From: a virus | IMG/VR virus record: IMGVR_UViG_3300005805_000056 | Coordinates: 29,637-93,636 of that record | DNA length: 64,000 bases | Reading direction: 5' to 3' (one strand) | Shown here: piece after piece, positions 19,180 through 28,835 of the stretch | Layout: every line of letters begins with the position of its first letter | How positions within the stretch are numbered: the stretch's first letter is position 1 | The notes under the pieces: model-generated | Told to the model about the DNA's origin: nothing | Seen by the model: only the letters and a program-made list of their open reading frames with translations | Database searches by the model: none | Translations under genes and position numbers: made by a program

Positions 19180-20050
19180 GGTGAATTCTGTTCGACGCAT
19201 ACTGGGTGAGTTTACTGGCACTGGTTCCATGGGCGCAGTTGAAGTTGTGCCTGTCATGGTTAACACAGCGTCGTCTACTCATCAGCAGCCTCGTCGAAAG
19301 GTGTTACCTCATCTGAGACGTAAGCGCAAACCCGTGTCTGAAACAGTCACGGCTGATGTGGCTCCTGTGCTGGTAAATCCAGCCCCAGAGCTCATGGCCA
19401 GACTGAGAGACAGAGTCAATCCTAAGGACAGGAAGAAGTCGGCCATCGAGTCAATTCTGGGAGAGGCTGAAGACAAAAGCCTAATACCAGCCGATGCTGA
19501 CCCACTTCTGACCACAAAGGAAGTTGAGGATGCAGAGAAGGTAAAGCATAACACTGTCAACTTAGACAAGGAAGACCTTCTTCAACCATCACTCGCTCTT
19601 GTCGCTCCAGACACCACTCCAAATGCGACTAAGGAACTTGATCCATCTCTAGTTCCAAATCGTGATCCGGCTTTGTCAACCATCTTGGGTGATAAGCCGT
19701 CTGCTGGTCCAACAAACACGGTTAGGACCGAATCTTCGAAGAAGGTCGAGACTCCAAAAATACAGGAGTCAGTGATCAATGAACCGAAGAGCATTGAGGA
19801 GAGTTTGCCTTCTTTTGAAATGCCCCGTCCCCCTGGAGAGTTTCTCCGGTCGATTGGTGACATTACAGGAGAGGGACGAGAAGAGAAGCCAAAGGTTGAG
19901 TTAGTCGTTGGCAACTCTTCAAATCCTGTCGGCGCTACAGTATCAGAAGGAATGTTAGGTGCTTCAGAGATGCCAACTCCTAAGGAGGCCAACATCGATA
20001 GAACCATGGACGCATTCCGAAGATTTCATCGAGTTAAAACACAAAAGTAA
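19136..20050 (+). CDS. Low-complexity putative internal head protein (likely start GTG 19180)
   Basis: Disordered; three ILG(E/D) motifs and many xxES sites. Confidence 0.5.
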   Translation: MTRFLFKSINLLPFKVNSVRRILGEFTGTGSMGAVEVVPVMVNTASSTHQQPRRKVLPHLRRKRKPVSETVTADVAPVLVNPAPELMARLRDRVNPKDRKKSAIESILGEAEDKSLIPADADPLLTTKEVEDAEKVKHNTVNLDKEDLLQPSLALVAPDTTPNATKELDPSLVPNRDPALSTILGDKPSAGPTNTVRTESSKKVETPKIQESVINEPKSIEESLPSFEMPRPPGEFLRSIGDITGEGREEKPKVELVVGNSSNPVGATVSEGMLGASEMPTPKEANIDRTMDAFRRFHRVKTQK

Positions 20051-20064
20051 TTAGAACAGAATTT

Positions 20065-22500
20065 ATGGCTACCTCACCTACGACATTCCCGGGGTTTTAT
20101 GCTTCTGTAATTGACAAGAGTTTTGCTCCTGTCACTCTCAGTCGTTTTCGTGGCGGACTCACTGGCGTTGCCAACAAGGGACCGTTCAACACTCCAACTC
20201 TGGTAAACTCTCTGACGGAGTTCGCCAACAAGTTCGGTGACTCGAATGTCACCAACGATGCTGGTTGGGCCGGTCAGTTGGCTGTGACCGCCGCTTCAGT
20301 TGCTGACTTCAGCGGCAGCAGCTTGATTGTCCGCATTGGCCATCAGTACGAGTCAACAGGCGTTGTTGACAATGCTAGCGGCGCTGCTTCTGGCACATCC
20401 ACAATCACAGTCACAAATGCCAATCACTTTACTGTTGGTGATTACATCAGAATTATTGATGCTCAAGGCGAAGTTGAGACTACCTCCAACGCTGTAATCT
20501 CTAACGTTAATGTGGGTGCGGACACCATTACTATTGATACTCCTCTGCAGTACACCTACGCGAATGGTTCAACCATCTATCGTAGCTCTCAATCTGGTGC
20601 GGCGACCTCTGCTGAAGCATTCCTCTCAGCTTTTACCTTTGTTACCAACAGAGTGGGTTCTGGTTCCTCTGCTACTGTCTCTGGAACCAAGGGTGAGTTT
20701 ACCTTGGAGTGCACTGCCGACCTAAGCAAGAAGACTATCACAGCTATCAGTGCTTCAGGCGGCACAGTGACTGCCACTACATCCTCTGCTCACAACTACG
20801 CAGTTGGTGACCAAATCAAAATCGAGAATGTTGTTGCTTCCAGTGGCAATGGTGTCTTTAACGGCACATACACACTTCTCACTGCCTCTGGTAGCACATT
20901 CACCTACGCCTCACTAACATCTTTCAGTGATACTGGCATATCAGCCACCGTTGGTGGTGTGATGACGGCTGCTGCCCTTTCTGCCGGTGATCTTATCAAG
21001 ATCAGTAACTCTACCAACCCAACAGTTGGTCTAGCGACTGATACAGGTGAAGTGCTAGTAAAATCCGTGGTGGCCAACAATACCACTGGTGGATGCACAA
21101 TCACACTGTATCCTTCAGGTGTAACCTCACTGGGTTATCAGTCTCTCCCTCTCCAAGCCAACTACACCACCGCTCGCATCTACAAGGTCAAGCGCGCTGA
21201 TGGCCTTGATAGTGGTGGCGCTTTCGACACATACAGAATTCTTCACCTGTGGGCTTCTTCTGAAGGCACCTGGGCCAACTCTGATTCAGCCACCAACTCT
21301 AACCTGGTGGTTGGTATTGGCCCTGGCTCCGCGGCTGGTTCCAAGAAGTTGCTGGTTTTCTACAACACTGAGTTGGTTGAGACGATCGACAACCTGACGT
21401 ATTTGGATTCCACAGCGGACACCTTCTTCCCAACTAAGGTCAATGCCACATCGGCTTATGTTCGCGTTGGATATGATGGCATCGCTGACGAATTCTTGGT
21501 CAATGATGTTCCTCCAGCAAACACTCTTGATGGCTGGAACATTACTAACCTCGGTGGTAAGACCAACGTTGCTAACTTCACTGGTGGCGACAATGGCGCT
21601 AACACTGAGAATTCTGACTGGGTGGGCGATCTCAATCCTACCACTGACCTCTACACTGGATTCCAGTCGTTCCGCAATGAGACTGACTACCAAGTCAACG
21701 TTCTCGCCATACCTGGTGCCACTGACACTGACTTGCAACAAAACCTTGTTCAAGTCGCTCGTGTGTTGAATGCTGTGGCCATCCTAGACGTGGCTGAAAC
21801 CACTGTTCCTCGTCAGTATGCTGATTGGCGGAATGCTGCTGGTCAGTTTACCAATCGTACAAAGATTGATGACTGGCACGGTGCGTTGTTTGCCAACTGG
21901 GTTGACATCATTGATCCGTACACCACTGAAACTCGCCGCGTTCCACCTTCAGTTGAAGTGGTTCGCTGCATGGCTCGTACGTTCAACAACGACAAGCCAT
22001 GGTACGCCACTGCTGGTGAGATTCGCGGTTTCTGTGACAACGCCCAAGGCCTCCAGTTCAGAACGATTAACTTCGCTTCTAAGACTCAAGCCTATGAGAG
22101 CAACGTCAATCTGATCGTCAGCAACAACGGACGCATTCAGATCTACGGTGACCGTACACTACAGGTCGCTGACTCGAAGCTGATGGAGCTTCATGTGGCG
22201 ATCCTGGTGAACTACATTATTGCTAACATCGGTGTCATCGCTCGTCAGTTTGTTTTCGATCCGAATGACACAGTCCTGTTGGCTCAGCTGAATCAAGCCA
22301 TTACCCAGTTCATGGACGGTATACAGAATGAGCGGGGTGTTGAGCAGTACAAGCTCGTGGTTGATGGTTCAAACAACAATGCTGAGACCCGCGCCCTTCG
22401 TGAGGTTATCATCGATCTGGGAATCGTGCCTACCAGCACGGCTGATCGGATCTTCTTGAACCTCACTGTCAATCGCAGTGGTGCTCAGCTGAACGCCTAA
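20065..22500 (+). CDS. Contractile tail sheath protein (gp18-like) with beta-rich insertions
   Basis: PGFY..IDKS, KGPFNTPTLVNS..EF..KFG, PPS, PWYATAGEIRG, IYGDRTL, FVFDPND. Confidence 0.93.
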   Translation: MATSPTTFPGFYASVIDKSFAPVTLSRFRGGLTGVANKGPFNTPTLVNSLTEFANKFGDSNVTNDAGWAGQLAVTAASVADFSGSSLIVRIGHQYESTGVVDNASGAASGTSTITVTNANHFTVGDYIRIIDAQGEVETTSNAVISNVNVGADTITIDTPLQYTYANGSTIYRSSQSGAATSAEAFLSAFTFVTNRVGSGSSATVSGTKGEFTLECTADLSKKTITAISASGGTVTATTSSAHNYAVGDQIKIENVVASSGNGVFNGTYTLLTASGSTFTYASLTSFSDTGISATVGGVMTAAALSAGDLIKISNSTNPTVGLATDTGEVLVKSVVANNTTGGCTITLYPSGVTSLGYQSLPLQANYTTARIYKVKRADGLDSGGAFDTYRILHLWASSEGTWANSDSATNSNLVVGIGPGSAAGSKKLLVFYNTELVETIDNLTYLDSTADTFFPTKVNATSAYVRVGYDGIADEFLVNDVPPANTLDGWNITNLGGKTNVANFTGGDNGANTENSDWVGDLNPTTDLYTGFQSFRNETDYQVNVLAIPGATDTDLQQNLVQVARVLNAVAILDVAETTVPRQYADWRNAAGQFTNRTKIDDWHGALFANWVDIIDPYTTETRRVPPSVEVVRCMARTFNNDKPWYATAGEIRGFCDNAQGLQFRTINFASKTQAYESNVNLIVSNNGRIQIYGDRTLQVADSKLMELHVAILVNYIIANIGVIARQFVFDPNDTVLLAQLNQAITQFMDGIQNERGVEQYKLVVDGSNNNAETRALREVIIDLGIVPTSTADRIFLNLTVNRSGAQLNA

Positions 22501-22524
22501 TACTTAATTTAACACCTTCCTGTT

Positions 22525-23154
22525 ATGGCCAAAATGAATACAAGAAACACCTGGGGTAGCATTGCTACCACTGGTGGTACTGGCATCGATCAACAGCGCG
22601 CTGATTTGTTCAAGATCAGTCTGAATCTTCCTCCTTCCATCGGTGGCACTGGCACATGGGACGAGCAGGTTCAGTTCGCTGTGGAGTCATTCCCCTTCCC
22701 TGACATGAAGGTGCAGGGGTATGACACCAAGTACCTCAATCAGACTAACCATCAGATTGGTGCTGACAATGCTACGGGTGAGATTGTCATTCCTGTGAGA
22801 TATGCTTTCTCACAGCAGACTGCTCAGATCCTCTACAAGTGGCAGTACTTGATCTCTAACCCTGTCACTGGCGGTGTCGGCCTAACATCTGCTGTTAAGT
22901 GCAACGGCGAGTTCCGCTGGTTGGTACCTGATATGGCCAAGCAGATTGCTAATGCCAATGCTCTCGGTGGCAGTGACCAGTCCGACGTTCTAAAGACGGG
23001 GTTGGTCTACAAGCTCGAAGGATGTTTCATCACTGGCCTCAAGCCGACTGACGCTGACATGAAGACAGGCAACACGCCAGTCAATCTCAGTTTCTCACTG
23101 ATGGTAGATCGTTACTACCCAATCCAGCCCAGTGGCTTGATCGTTACTCAGTAA
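22525..23154 (+). CDS. Tail tube protein (gp19-like)
   Basis: Directly after the sheath; FPFPD, LYKWQ, YKLEGCF, FSLMVDR; followed by a terminator. Confidence 0.82.
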   Translation: MAKMNTRNTWGSIATTGGTGIDQQRADLFKISLNLPPSIGGTGTWDEQVQFAVESFPFPDMKVQGYDTKYLNQTNHQIGADNATGEIVIPVRYAFSQQTAQILYKWQYLISNPVTGGVGLTSAVKCNGEFRWLVPDMAKQIANANALGGSDQSDVLKTGLVYKLEGCFITGLKPTDADMKTGNTPVNLSFSLMVDRYYPIQPSGLIVTQ

Positions 23155-23166
23155 TATCTTTACACC

Positions 23167-23202
23167 AAAATGGCCCAGAGATCCTCTCTCTGGGCCATTT
23201 TT
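23167..23202. terminator. Bidirectional intrinsic terminator
   Basis: AAAATGGCCCAGAGA-loop-TCTCTGGGCCATTTTT. Confidence 0.88.
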
Positions 23203-23205
23203 ATT

Positions 23206-23649
23206 TTAGTGGATGTTCAGCAACTTGAACATCTCAGTGACTTGTTGAACAGTGGCTGGATGGCTCAACTTGTGTTCGATCGGCTGATCAACACCAAAGA
23301 TTCCAACGGTCAACTTGTCTCCACTCGCCGTCAGTGTAGACAATGCATTCGGCCAGATAAATGTCTTCTGGCTTGAAGACTCAATACATAGAATGGCTGT
23401 GTATGCGTCCTTAGTCGTCTCCAGGGCGATTTGTTCACCAACCCTTACGATGTTATAGCGGCTGCGAATTGACTTCTCAAACTTAGACTGCTCTTCAGCA
23501 GTAATGTCTTCGAGTTCAAGGTCATGTTGAGATGAGAAGACCTCCATGCAGTTAGGACTCGTGACGACCCTCTTAAGGTCAGATGAGTTAACTGCCACAG
23601 TGTATTCTGACTGGGCACTCTCTAAGATAATGAAAGCTGGCTTCTTCAT
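23206..23649 (-). CDS. Hypothetical protein
   Basis: 147-aa ORF at the end of the modification operon. Confidence 0.55.
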   Translation of the reverse strand: MKKPAFIILESAQSEYTVAVNSSDLKRVVTSPNCMEVFSSQHDLELEDITAEEQSKFEKSIRSRYNIVRVGEQIALETTKDAYTAILCIESSSQKTFIWPNALSTLTASGDKLTVGIFGVDQPIEHKLSHPATVQQVTEMFKLLNIH

Positions 23650-23965
23650 AGTAGTTGTGGATGACTGTTAGTTTGTTGTGATGACCAACATCAATAGGTC
23701 TAGCAGCGCAGTAGTCTTTGAACTTCTGGTGCAGGTAGTCTTTGGCAGTGTCATTCTTGGGCAATTTCTTCTTATATCGACTGATGTACTCAAGAATTAC
23801 ACAGCGTCCATAGACAATTTGGCTTGAGACAATTCCAACAAACCAGATGGCTGGCAGTACTGAGACAAACCAGACACCTTTGATAAGAAGGAATGCACTT
23901 ACAAATGACAGTGGACCATAGACTACTTGGCCAATTTTGTTGATCAGCCTGAGTACTGAGATTAC
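23588..23965 (-). CDS. Unannotated membrane-protein frame with no canonical start codon at its 5' end
   Basis: 125 open codons (VISVLRLINKIGQVVYGPLSFVSAFLLIKGVWFVSVLPAIWFVGIV...KKKLP) fill a 310-nt gap. Confidence 0.5.
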   Translation of the reverse strand, partial: VISVLRLINKIGQVVYGPLSFVSAFLLIKGVWFVSVLPAIWFVGIVSSQIVYGRCVILEYISRYKKKLPKNDTAKDYLHQKFKDYCAARPIDVGHHNKLTVIHNYYEEASFHYLRECPVRIHCGS

Positions 23966-24465
23966 TTTCCTAGTTCGATGACCGTACAGTTTTTCTTCAA
24001 GGTTTCGACGGAGAGAGGTGAGTTGTCGATGGTCGAGCCGTCTTTCAGGTGCAACGTCACTGTCTTCCCGTTGAACTCGGCAATCGAGATCGCACGCAGG
24101 TTCACTCCGCTCAACGTGAATGCTGGGGTGACCAGACGTCGCTCCACCTTTTGGGTTGGACCAGCCTTGCTCGTCTGGGTCTGAGGGACCGGTGGTAGAC
24201 CCTCGCTCTTATCAATCCAAGAGTGGGCCTTCTCAGTCACAATTGGCTTTTCACCCATCAGCTTGGCAAAAAGCGGAGGGAGGTAACCGTGGTTCTTGGC
24301 CACCTTAAGCAAGGTGGCCTCAATGCCACTGGAATTGGGTGAACAGAGCTTCTGAGAAGCAAGTTCAGCCACGACAGCCGACTTAGTCAGCTTGACACTC
24401 AAAGCTTTTTCCACCTTGTTAAGGGTAGAAACTGCTTGGTCTTTGTTTAGATCACTTAGTTTCAT
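23962..24465 (-). CDS. Hypothetical basic protein
   Basis: 167-aa ORF within the operon. Confidence 0.6.
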   Translation of the reverse strand: MKLSDLNKDQAVSTLNKVEKALSVKLTKSAVVAELASQKLCSPNSSGIEATLLKVAKNHGYLPPLFAKLMGEKPIVTEKAHSWIDKSEGLPPVPQTQTSKAGPTQKVERRLVTPAFTLSGVNLRAISIAEFNGKTVTLHLKDGSTIDNSPLSVETLKKNCTVIELGK

Positions 24466-24697
24466 TGGTTCCTTTTATTACACCTGTGCTATCCTGTAAA
24501 CAAGTTTTTCTCCCCATGGTGACGTTTGACGTCGCCTTTACATCTTTATTTGTGAACTCCCAGATCTCTCCTGAGCTGTCCAGGATCACTGTGAAGAGCT
24601 TCTCAATCTCACTGCCGTAGTCTGTCACAAGCCAGACTCGGCCACGACCTTTCGGTGTTTCAACTTGAAGTGATTGTTGTACCTCTAGTATTGTCAT
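24452..24697 (-). CDS. Small phage hypothetical protein
   Basis: VETPKG..WLVTDYGSE..GEIW; ATGA-coupled to the carbamoyltransferase. Confidence 0.6.
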   Translation of the reverse strand: MTILEVQQSLQVETPKGRGRVWLVTDYGSEIEKLFTVILDSSGEIWEFTNKDVKATSNVTMGRKTCLQDSTGVIKGTNETK

Positions 24698-26430
24698 TGA
24701 AAGTTTCCAATGACAAGAATAGGAGCGGTCATTTGGCCATTTGAAGCCTCAACCTCTTTCAGGTTAAAGGCCATATCCTCAATGGCATCTTTAGCTGAGT
24801 AAACGATAGGAACACCATGAACATTCAGAGATGTATTGATCAACGCTGGATGTTCCGGATAGAGACTTCTGAGGATATTCGAGATAGGCTGAATGTTGTT
24901 TGACTCAATCAGCTGAGGTCTCCCTGAGTATCCATACTTGTTGCTGAACTTTGGATAGGGGTGCATCACACCCCTGAATCGCTCAACGTCCACAGTGGGG
25001 TGGTAGTCCAGCGTAAGGATCATGTAGTCTAGAGATCCAGCTACTCGACTGATGTCGCTGTGGTTGAAGAAAGCATGGGCATGTTGCTTCAACATCACTG
25101 GAGCCATGGGCATAACGGTGTCACGGCCATTCAGTGAATTGATAGTCGCCACATTGTCATTAAATGGCAATGAAAGAGTTGTCGTATTGCACAAGGCTCT
25201 TGGTCCAAATTCCATCGAACCTGTGACTGTATTGACAATCTTATTTTGCTTCAGCTGAGATACAACGAAATCAATATAGCTCTGCTTGTTGTTGAAGTAG
25301 AAGTGTCCAGGCCTGAACTCAGTTCCATTAGCACAGATAATGCCAGGAACACGAAGATCTCTGTGGCCCCACAGGAGGCTGTCCAGACCCATCACAGATC
25401 CCTCATTGTATCTCATCAAGCCAATGGCTGCACCTTGATCACCAGCAAGTGGCGTGGCACAGAACTCACCAGGAATCTTAGATAGAATGTGGTTGTTCAG
25501 CTTGACATTGTAGTGAAGTCCTCCAGTGACAATGATGTTGTCAATTGAGAAGTCGTCGATGATGTTCGTATAGTAGTTTTCGATGATGCACTGAACGAAG
25601 TGGCCAATGATCTTACGTAGATCAGTCTTGCCAAATGCTTCCTTATTCTTGCCAGTGATCTTCTCAATCACTTCATCAAATCTAGCCCACAGCTTATTCT
25701 TTACGCTGATCAAGCGTTCTACACTGATATAGCTTGAGTTGGAGCTTGGATCAGAAGTACGTTTTTGGAATTCATCAGCCCATTTGTGGGCCTCTGTCTG
25801 AAGATTCTTGATCTCTGAGTTGGTCAGCACTTCATCAACCCAGGTCTCATATCCTAAGAATTTATACTCATCCTGGTTTTCTTTCATGCCACAATATGAG
25901 GTGGCATACTGGTAAAGCAAGCCTAGAGAGTTTTCATAGCCATACACGCGATGGATCAGAGACATTGTGTCTGCTGCTGCATTCCACTTGTAGATGGAGA
26001 AGACTTCTTCTTTGTTTCCAAAGCCATCAGCAACACAGATATGAATGGGGTCTAGTGCTGTGGAGTGAGCCTCATAGAAAGCTCTAGCAGCCCAAGCATG
26101 AGCATCGTGATGCGTAAACTGTGGGTTAAGAGTAACGAGTTTTAGCTTGTGAGTGCTGCAAAGTTCCTCCACAAAATGTGGGTTCCAGTGCTTGTCATTG
26201 AACCCATTCTTGTGGAAATCAAAGTCATCAAACCAGTGTGATACATAGAGATACTGGGAACCCAGGACGTTGTTCTGGTGATTCTTAAGACACTCCTCGA
26301 TTGAGAGCTGAGGAAACTGAGATGAGCTCTTGATTCGATTAAGACGTTCCTCTTCATATCCAGCCACAATACGAAATTCATCCGTAGTGATAGCTGACGA
26401 GTTGTGTCCAAGCGTAAGTAGTAAGTTCAT
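24694..26430 (-). CDS. O-carbamoyltransferase (CmcH/NodU/TobZ family), probably acting on 5-hydroxymethylcytosine
   Basis: GHNSSA, EEERLNRIK, HHDAHA, DGFG, TGGLHYNVKLN, AGDQGAAIG, EFGPRAL, PMAP, NTSLNVHGVPIV. Confidence 0.93.
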   Translation of the reverse strand: MNLLLTLGHNSSAITTDEFRIVAGYEEERLNRIKSSSQFPQLSIEECLKNHQNNVLGSQYLYVSHWFDDFDFHKNGFNDKHWNPHFVEELCSTHKLKLVTLNPQFTHHDAHAWAARAFYEAHSTALDPIHICVADGFGNKEEVFSIYKWNAAADTMSLIHRVYGYENSLGLLYQYATSYCGMKENQDEYKFLGYETWVDEVLTNSEIKNLQTEAHKWADEFQKRTSDPSSNSSYISVERLISVKNKLWARFDEVIEKITGKNKEAFGKTDLRKIIGHFVQCIIENYYTNIIDDFSIDNIIVTGGLHYNVKLNNHILSKIPGEFCATPLAGDQGAAIGLMRYNEGSVMGLDSLLWGHRDLRVPGIICANGTEFRPGHFYFNNKQSYIDFVVSQLKQNKIVNTVTGSMEFGPRALCNTTTLSLPFNDNVATINSLNGRDTVMPMAPVMLKQHAHAFFNHSDISRVAGSLDYMILTLDYHPTVDVERFRGVMHPYPKFSNKYGYSGRPQLIESNNIQPISNILRSLYPEHPALINTSLNVHGVPIVYSAKDAIEDMAFNLKEVEASNGQMTAPILVIGNFQ

Positions 26431-27251
26431 GACTTAAAGAATTTCAAATCGTGGTACAGGTGGGTGCTTAGTGCAAAGGGACTTTCAAATGTGAATTCAT
26501 CGTCAAAGAAGTGTCTTAGTTGTAGCATGTCGCCTAACTCATTTGGGTGGAATGTGGGCCACTCAATGAGCGTGGCATGCTCATAGGTAAGATTCTTGTA
26601 TTCAATGTGGAGTGAACCCACATTGTGGAAATAAGTACCCACATCCAATCCTAAAAATGTGGCCATCATCTCCTGCAGCATTGTGAAAAATACCACATCT
26701 GTTCTAAACCCAAAATGAAGTTCATTTGACCTCATTGTAGTGATTAGATTCAATCGGTTATTACGAATCAGAAACTGCAATGAGGTTGTACAGATGTGGT
26801 CACTTGTTCCAGACATGGCAACCTCACGTCTGTTGAACATGATGATGGCTCTTCGTGAGCTTGGGTCTTTTCTAAGAAGATTCAGACAGTGTTGAAACTG
26901 TCTCTCCACCCAAACGTATTGACCATAGTTTGAGTTGACATCACCCTCCTGTGCTCTCTCCCACATCTGTGGGAAATACTGCTTCAACTCAGTGTTTTGC
27001 TTGCCCCAAGCGTACCACGCCCATTGAAGGGCCATATATGGCACAAAAGTAATTGGATCACTTCTAAGGGCTACAACCCTCTCTAGAGGATTATCGATCT
27101 CAATGCAGACATTGATGAACTCATGCCAATCTCCACTAATGGCATGGTGGGATGGGTTATAGTTGTCGCTTATTGGAGATACGTTGGCCTGATCAATCTT
27201 CCTGACTAATGTTGAGTAGGCTTCAGGTACATTCGTGGCGTGGATAATCAT
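26427..27251 (-). CDS. dCMP hydroxymethyltransferase (thymidylate synthase fold, T4 gp42-like)
   Basis: NSNYG, SRRA, catalytic C (HICT), MRSNE...GFRTD with Asp where ThyA has Asn, GSLHI. Confidence 0.82.
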   Translation of the reverse strand: MIIHATNVPEAYSTLVRKIDQANVSPISDNYNPSHHAISGDWHEFINVCIEIDNPLERVVALRSDPITFVPYMALQWAWYAWGKQNTELKQYFPQMWERAQEGDVNSNYGQYVWVERQFQHCLNLLRKDPSSRRAIIMFNRREVAMSGTSDHICTTSLQFLIRNNRLNLITTMRSNELHFGFRTDVVFFTMLQEMMATFLGLDVGTYFHNVGSLHIEYKNLTYEHATLIEWPTFHPNELGDMLQLRHFFDDEFTFESPFALSTHLYHDLKFFKS

Positions 27252-27859
27252 GCGATTTCTGACAGTGCTTCTTCACAGGCACTGAGTATCTGGTCTTCTT
27301 CCTTGCGCACGTCTACCTTAGTCAACTTGGACAAACCTGTAAACAACCCAATGTTCAAAGTTTCAATGAGCTGGTGCTCAATGGTCTGGGTCACCATCAA
27401 GTCGTTGGGTCTCATTGGGTCTTTGACTGTGATGGGCAAAGGCTGCATCATGAAGACAATGTCATAACGCTTCTTTGCTTTGGCCGTCTCTGTAATGGTC
27501 TTGACAAAGTTGACGTAGTCAATCTTCTGGGCATCTGTTAGAGCCTTGATGTCAATGTAGAACGTCGTGTAAAACAAAGAGTCTGCCAGACTTCTGTCTA
27601 CAAGGATCAGCTTGCCACTACCAGAGTTTGCTTCATCCTCCATCTTGATCTTCTCCATGACCACCTTCTGCTGAAGCTTAAAGTAGTTCTGGGCTGAGTT
27701 TCTAACAACGTCAATGGAGGTGATCTTGTCTCTGATGCACTCACCCACGATGTGGACCTTTGAGCCAAAGCGGTCCTTGATCTTGTGCATGAGTGTTGTC
27801 TTTCCAGCATTACAAGGACCTGAAAAGGCGAAAGTGACGTTCATACTTCTCAAGAACAT
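27248..27859 (-). CDS. P-loop nucleotide kinase (NadR/dNMP-kinase-like; likely start ATG 27844)
   Basis: GPCNAGKTT, DRSLAD, YDIVF. Confidence 0.78.
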   Translation of the reverse strand: MFLRSMNVTFAFSGPCNAGKTTLMHKIKDRFGSKVHIVGECIRDKITSIDVVRNSAQNYFKLQQKVVMEKIKMEDEANSGSGKLILVDRSLADSLFYTTFYIDIKALTDAQKIDYVNFVKTITETAKAKKRYDIVFMMQPLPITVKDPMRPNDLMVTQTIEHQLIETLNIGLFTGLSKLTKVDVRKEEDQILSACEEALSEIA

Positions 27860-27876
27860 GAACCGATGCGTGTTCT
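27853..27876. promoter_or_regulatory. Back-to-back GTTCT-class promoters
   Basis: AGAAC 27853-57 (8 nt before minus-strand ATG 27844) and GTTCT 27872-76 (7 nt before ATG 27884). Confidence 0.6.
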
Positions 27877-28705
27877 TAGTGTCATGGCAATTAAGAGTAA
27901 CATCCAGGATTTCAGACCAACACGGGAAAAGTTCTCAAAGAAAATCAGACTTCTCTCTGGTGGGTTCACCACCTTGGACTACTTTCCCAAGGGAGAAATA
28001 ACCATCTACCCATGGGACTCCAAGATGGACGATTGGGTTGTAAAGAACCAGGGTCTGGCACCCAATGATTTCTTGGTTCAGGCTGTCCAACGCATCGTTC
28101 CTCTTGGTCAGTGCCCTGTTCAAAAGCTGGTGTTCAGTGATGTTCAGACCATCTTGTTGGTTTCTCGTGCCATGAGAAACAACTCAGTCTATGCTCACCA
28201 GGCCAAGTGCACAGCTTGTGGTTTCCTCCATCCAGAGGACCATATCCGTATCCCTGATGACATGGAGATGGTGGGTGTTAAGAACGATGGCTACATTGGC
28301 CATGATACTTTTACACTTCCTGATTGTAAGGACGAGGTTTCAATCCGCCCACTAACTGTGGGTGACATTCAACGTTTGGACCAACGTACTGAGATTGAAA
28401 ACTCAACAGTAAGACGAGAGTCAGCCGAACTACTCTGGGGCATTGTTGCCGTGGGTGGTGGCAAGCCTGATTCATTGGAGGAAGTTGATCGTTGGTACGG
28501 TGCTTTGTCACCGGCTGATCAGCTCTATTTTAATCTCATGCGTCGTGAGTTGGACCCTCACCTCAGCCCTGAGATCAAATACTCATGCAATAAGTGTAAG
28601 GCGGAGTTCAGCGTGCCGGTCCAGCTGGACTCCGAGTTTTTTCGTCAGAGAGTCCGAAAGGGCCCTATACGACAGGTGGCACAGAGTGTGGATGGTAGCG
28701 ACTAA
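27866..28705 (+). CDS. Baseplate hub/tail assembly chaperone (T4 gp26-like; likely start ATG 27884)
   Basis: LVFSDVQTILLVSR, CTAC, TLPDC..VSIRPLTVGD, CNKC, ends ..EFF. Confidence 0.75.
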   Translation: MRVLSVMAIKSNIQDFRPTREKFSKKIRLLSGGFTTLDYFPKGEITIYPWDSKMDDWVVKNQGLAPNDFLVQAVQRIVPLGQCPVQKLVFSDVQTILLVSRAMRNNSVYAHQAKCTACGFLHPEDHIRIPDDMEMVGVKNDGYIGHDTFTLPDCKDEVSIRPLTVGDIQRLDQRTEIENSTVRRESAELLWGIVAVGGGKPDSLEEVDRWYGALSPADQLYFNLMRRELDPHLSPEIKYSCNKCKAEFSVPVQLDSEFFRQRVRKGPIRQVAQSVDGSD

Positions 28706-28835
28706 CTGTCGTAACATGAACGTGGATCTTCTCCAGGTCCCGGATTATGCACTTGACTGGTTCATAGAATGGCATAATGAGGCCAGCAAAGAATTACCAC
28801 CTTTTGACCCAACAATGCTAGGCAATGAATTGTAG
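28638..28835 (+). CDS. gp51/TAC-T-like extension, probably reached by frameshifting
   Basis: +1 frame open past TTTTTTC: FFVRESERALYDRWHRVW...LLQVPDYALDWFIEWHNE. Confidence 0.55.
   Translation, partial: FFVRESERALYDRWHRVWMVATNCRNMNVDLLQVPDYALDWFIEWHNEASKELPPFDPTMLGNEL

Noticed and set aside
28443-28637. TTG-started 5' part of the 130-aa ORF
   Set aside because: Overlaps the gp26-like gene; only the part after the TTTTTTC site looks coding
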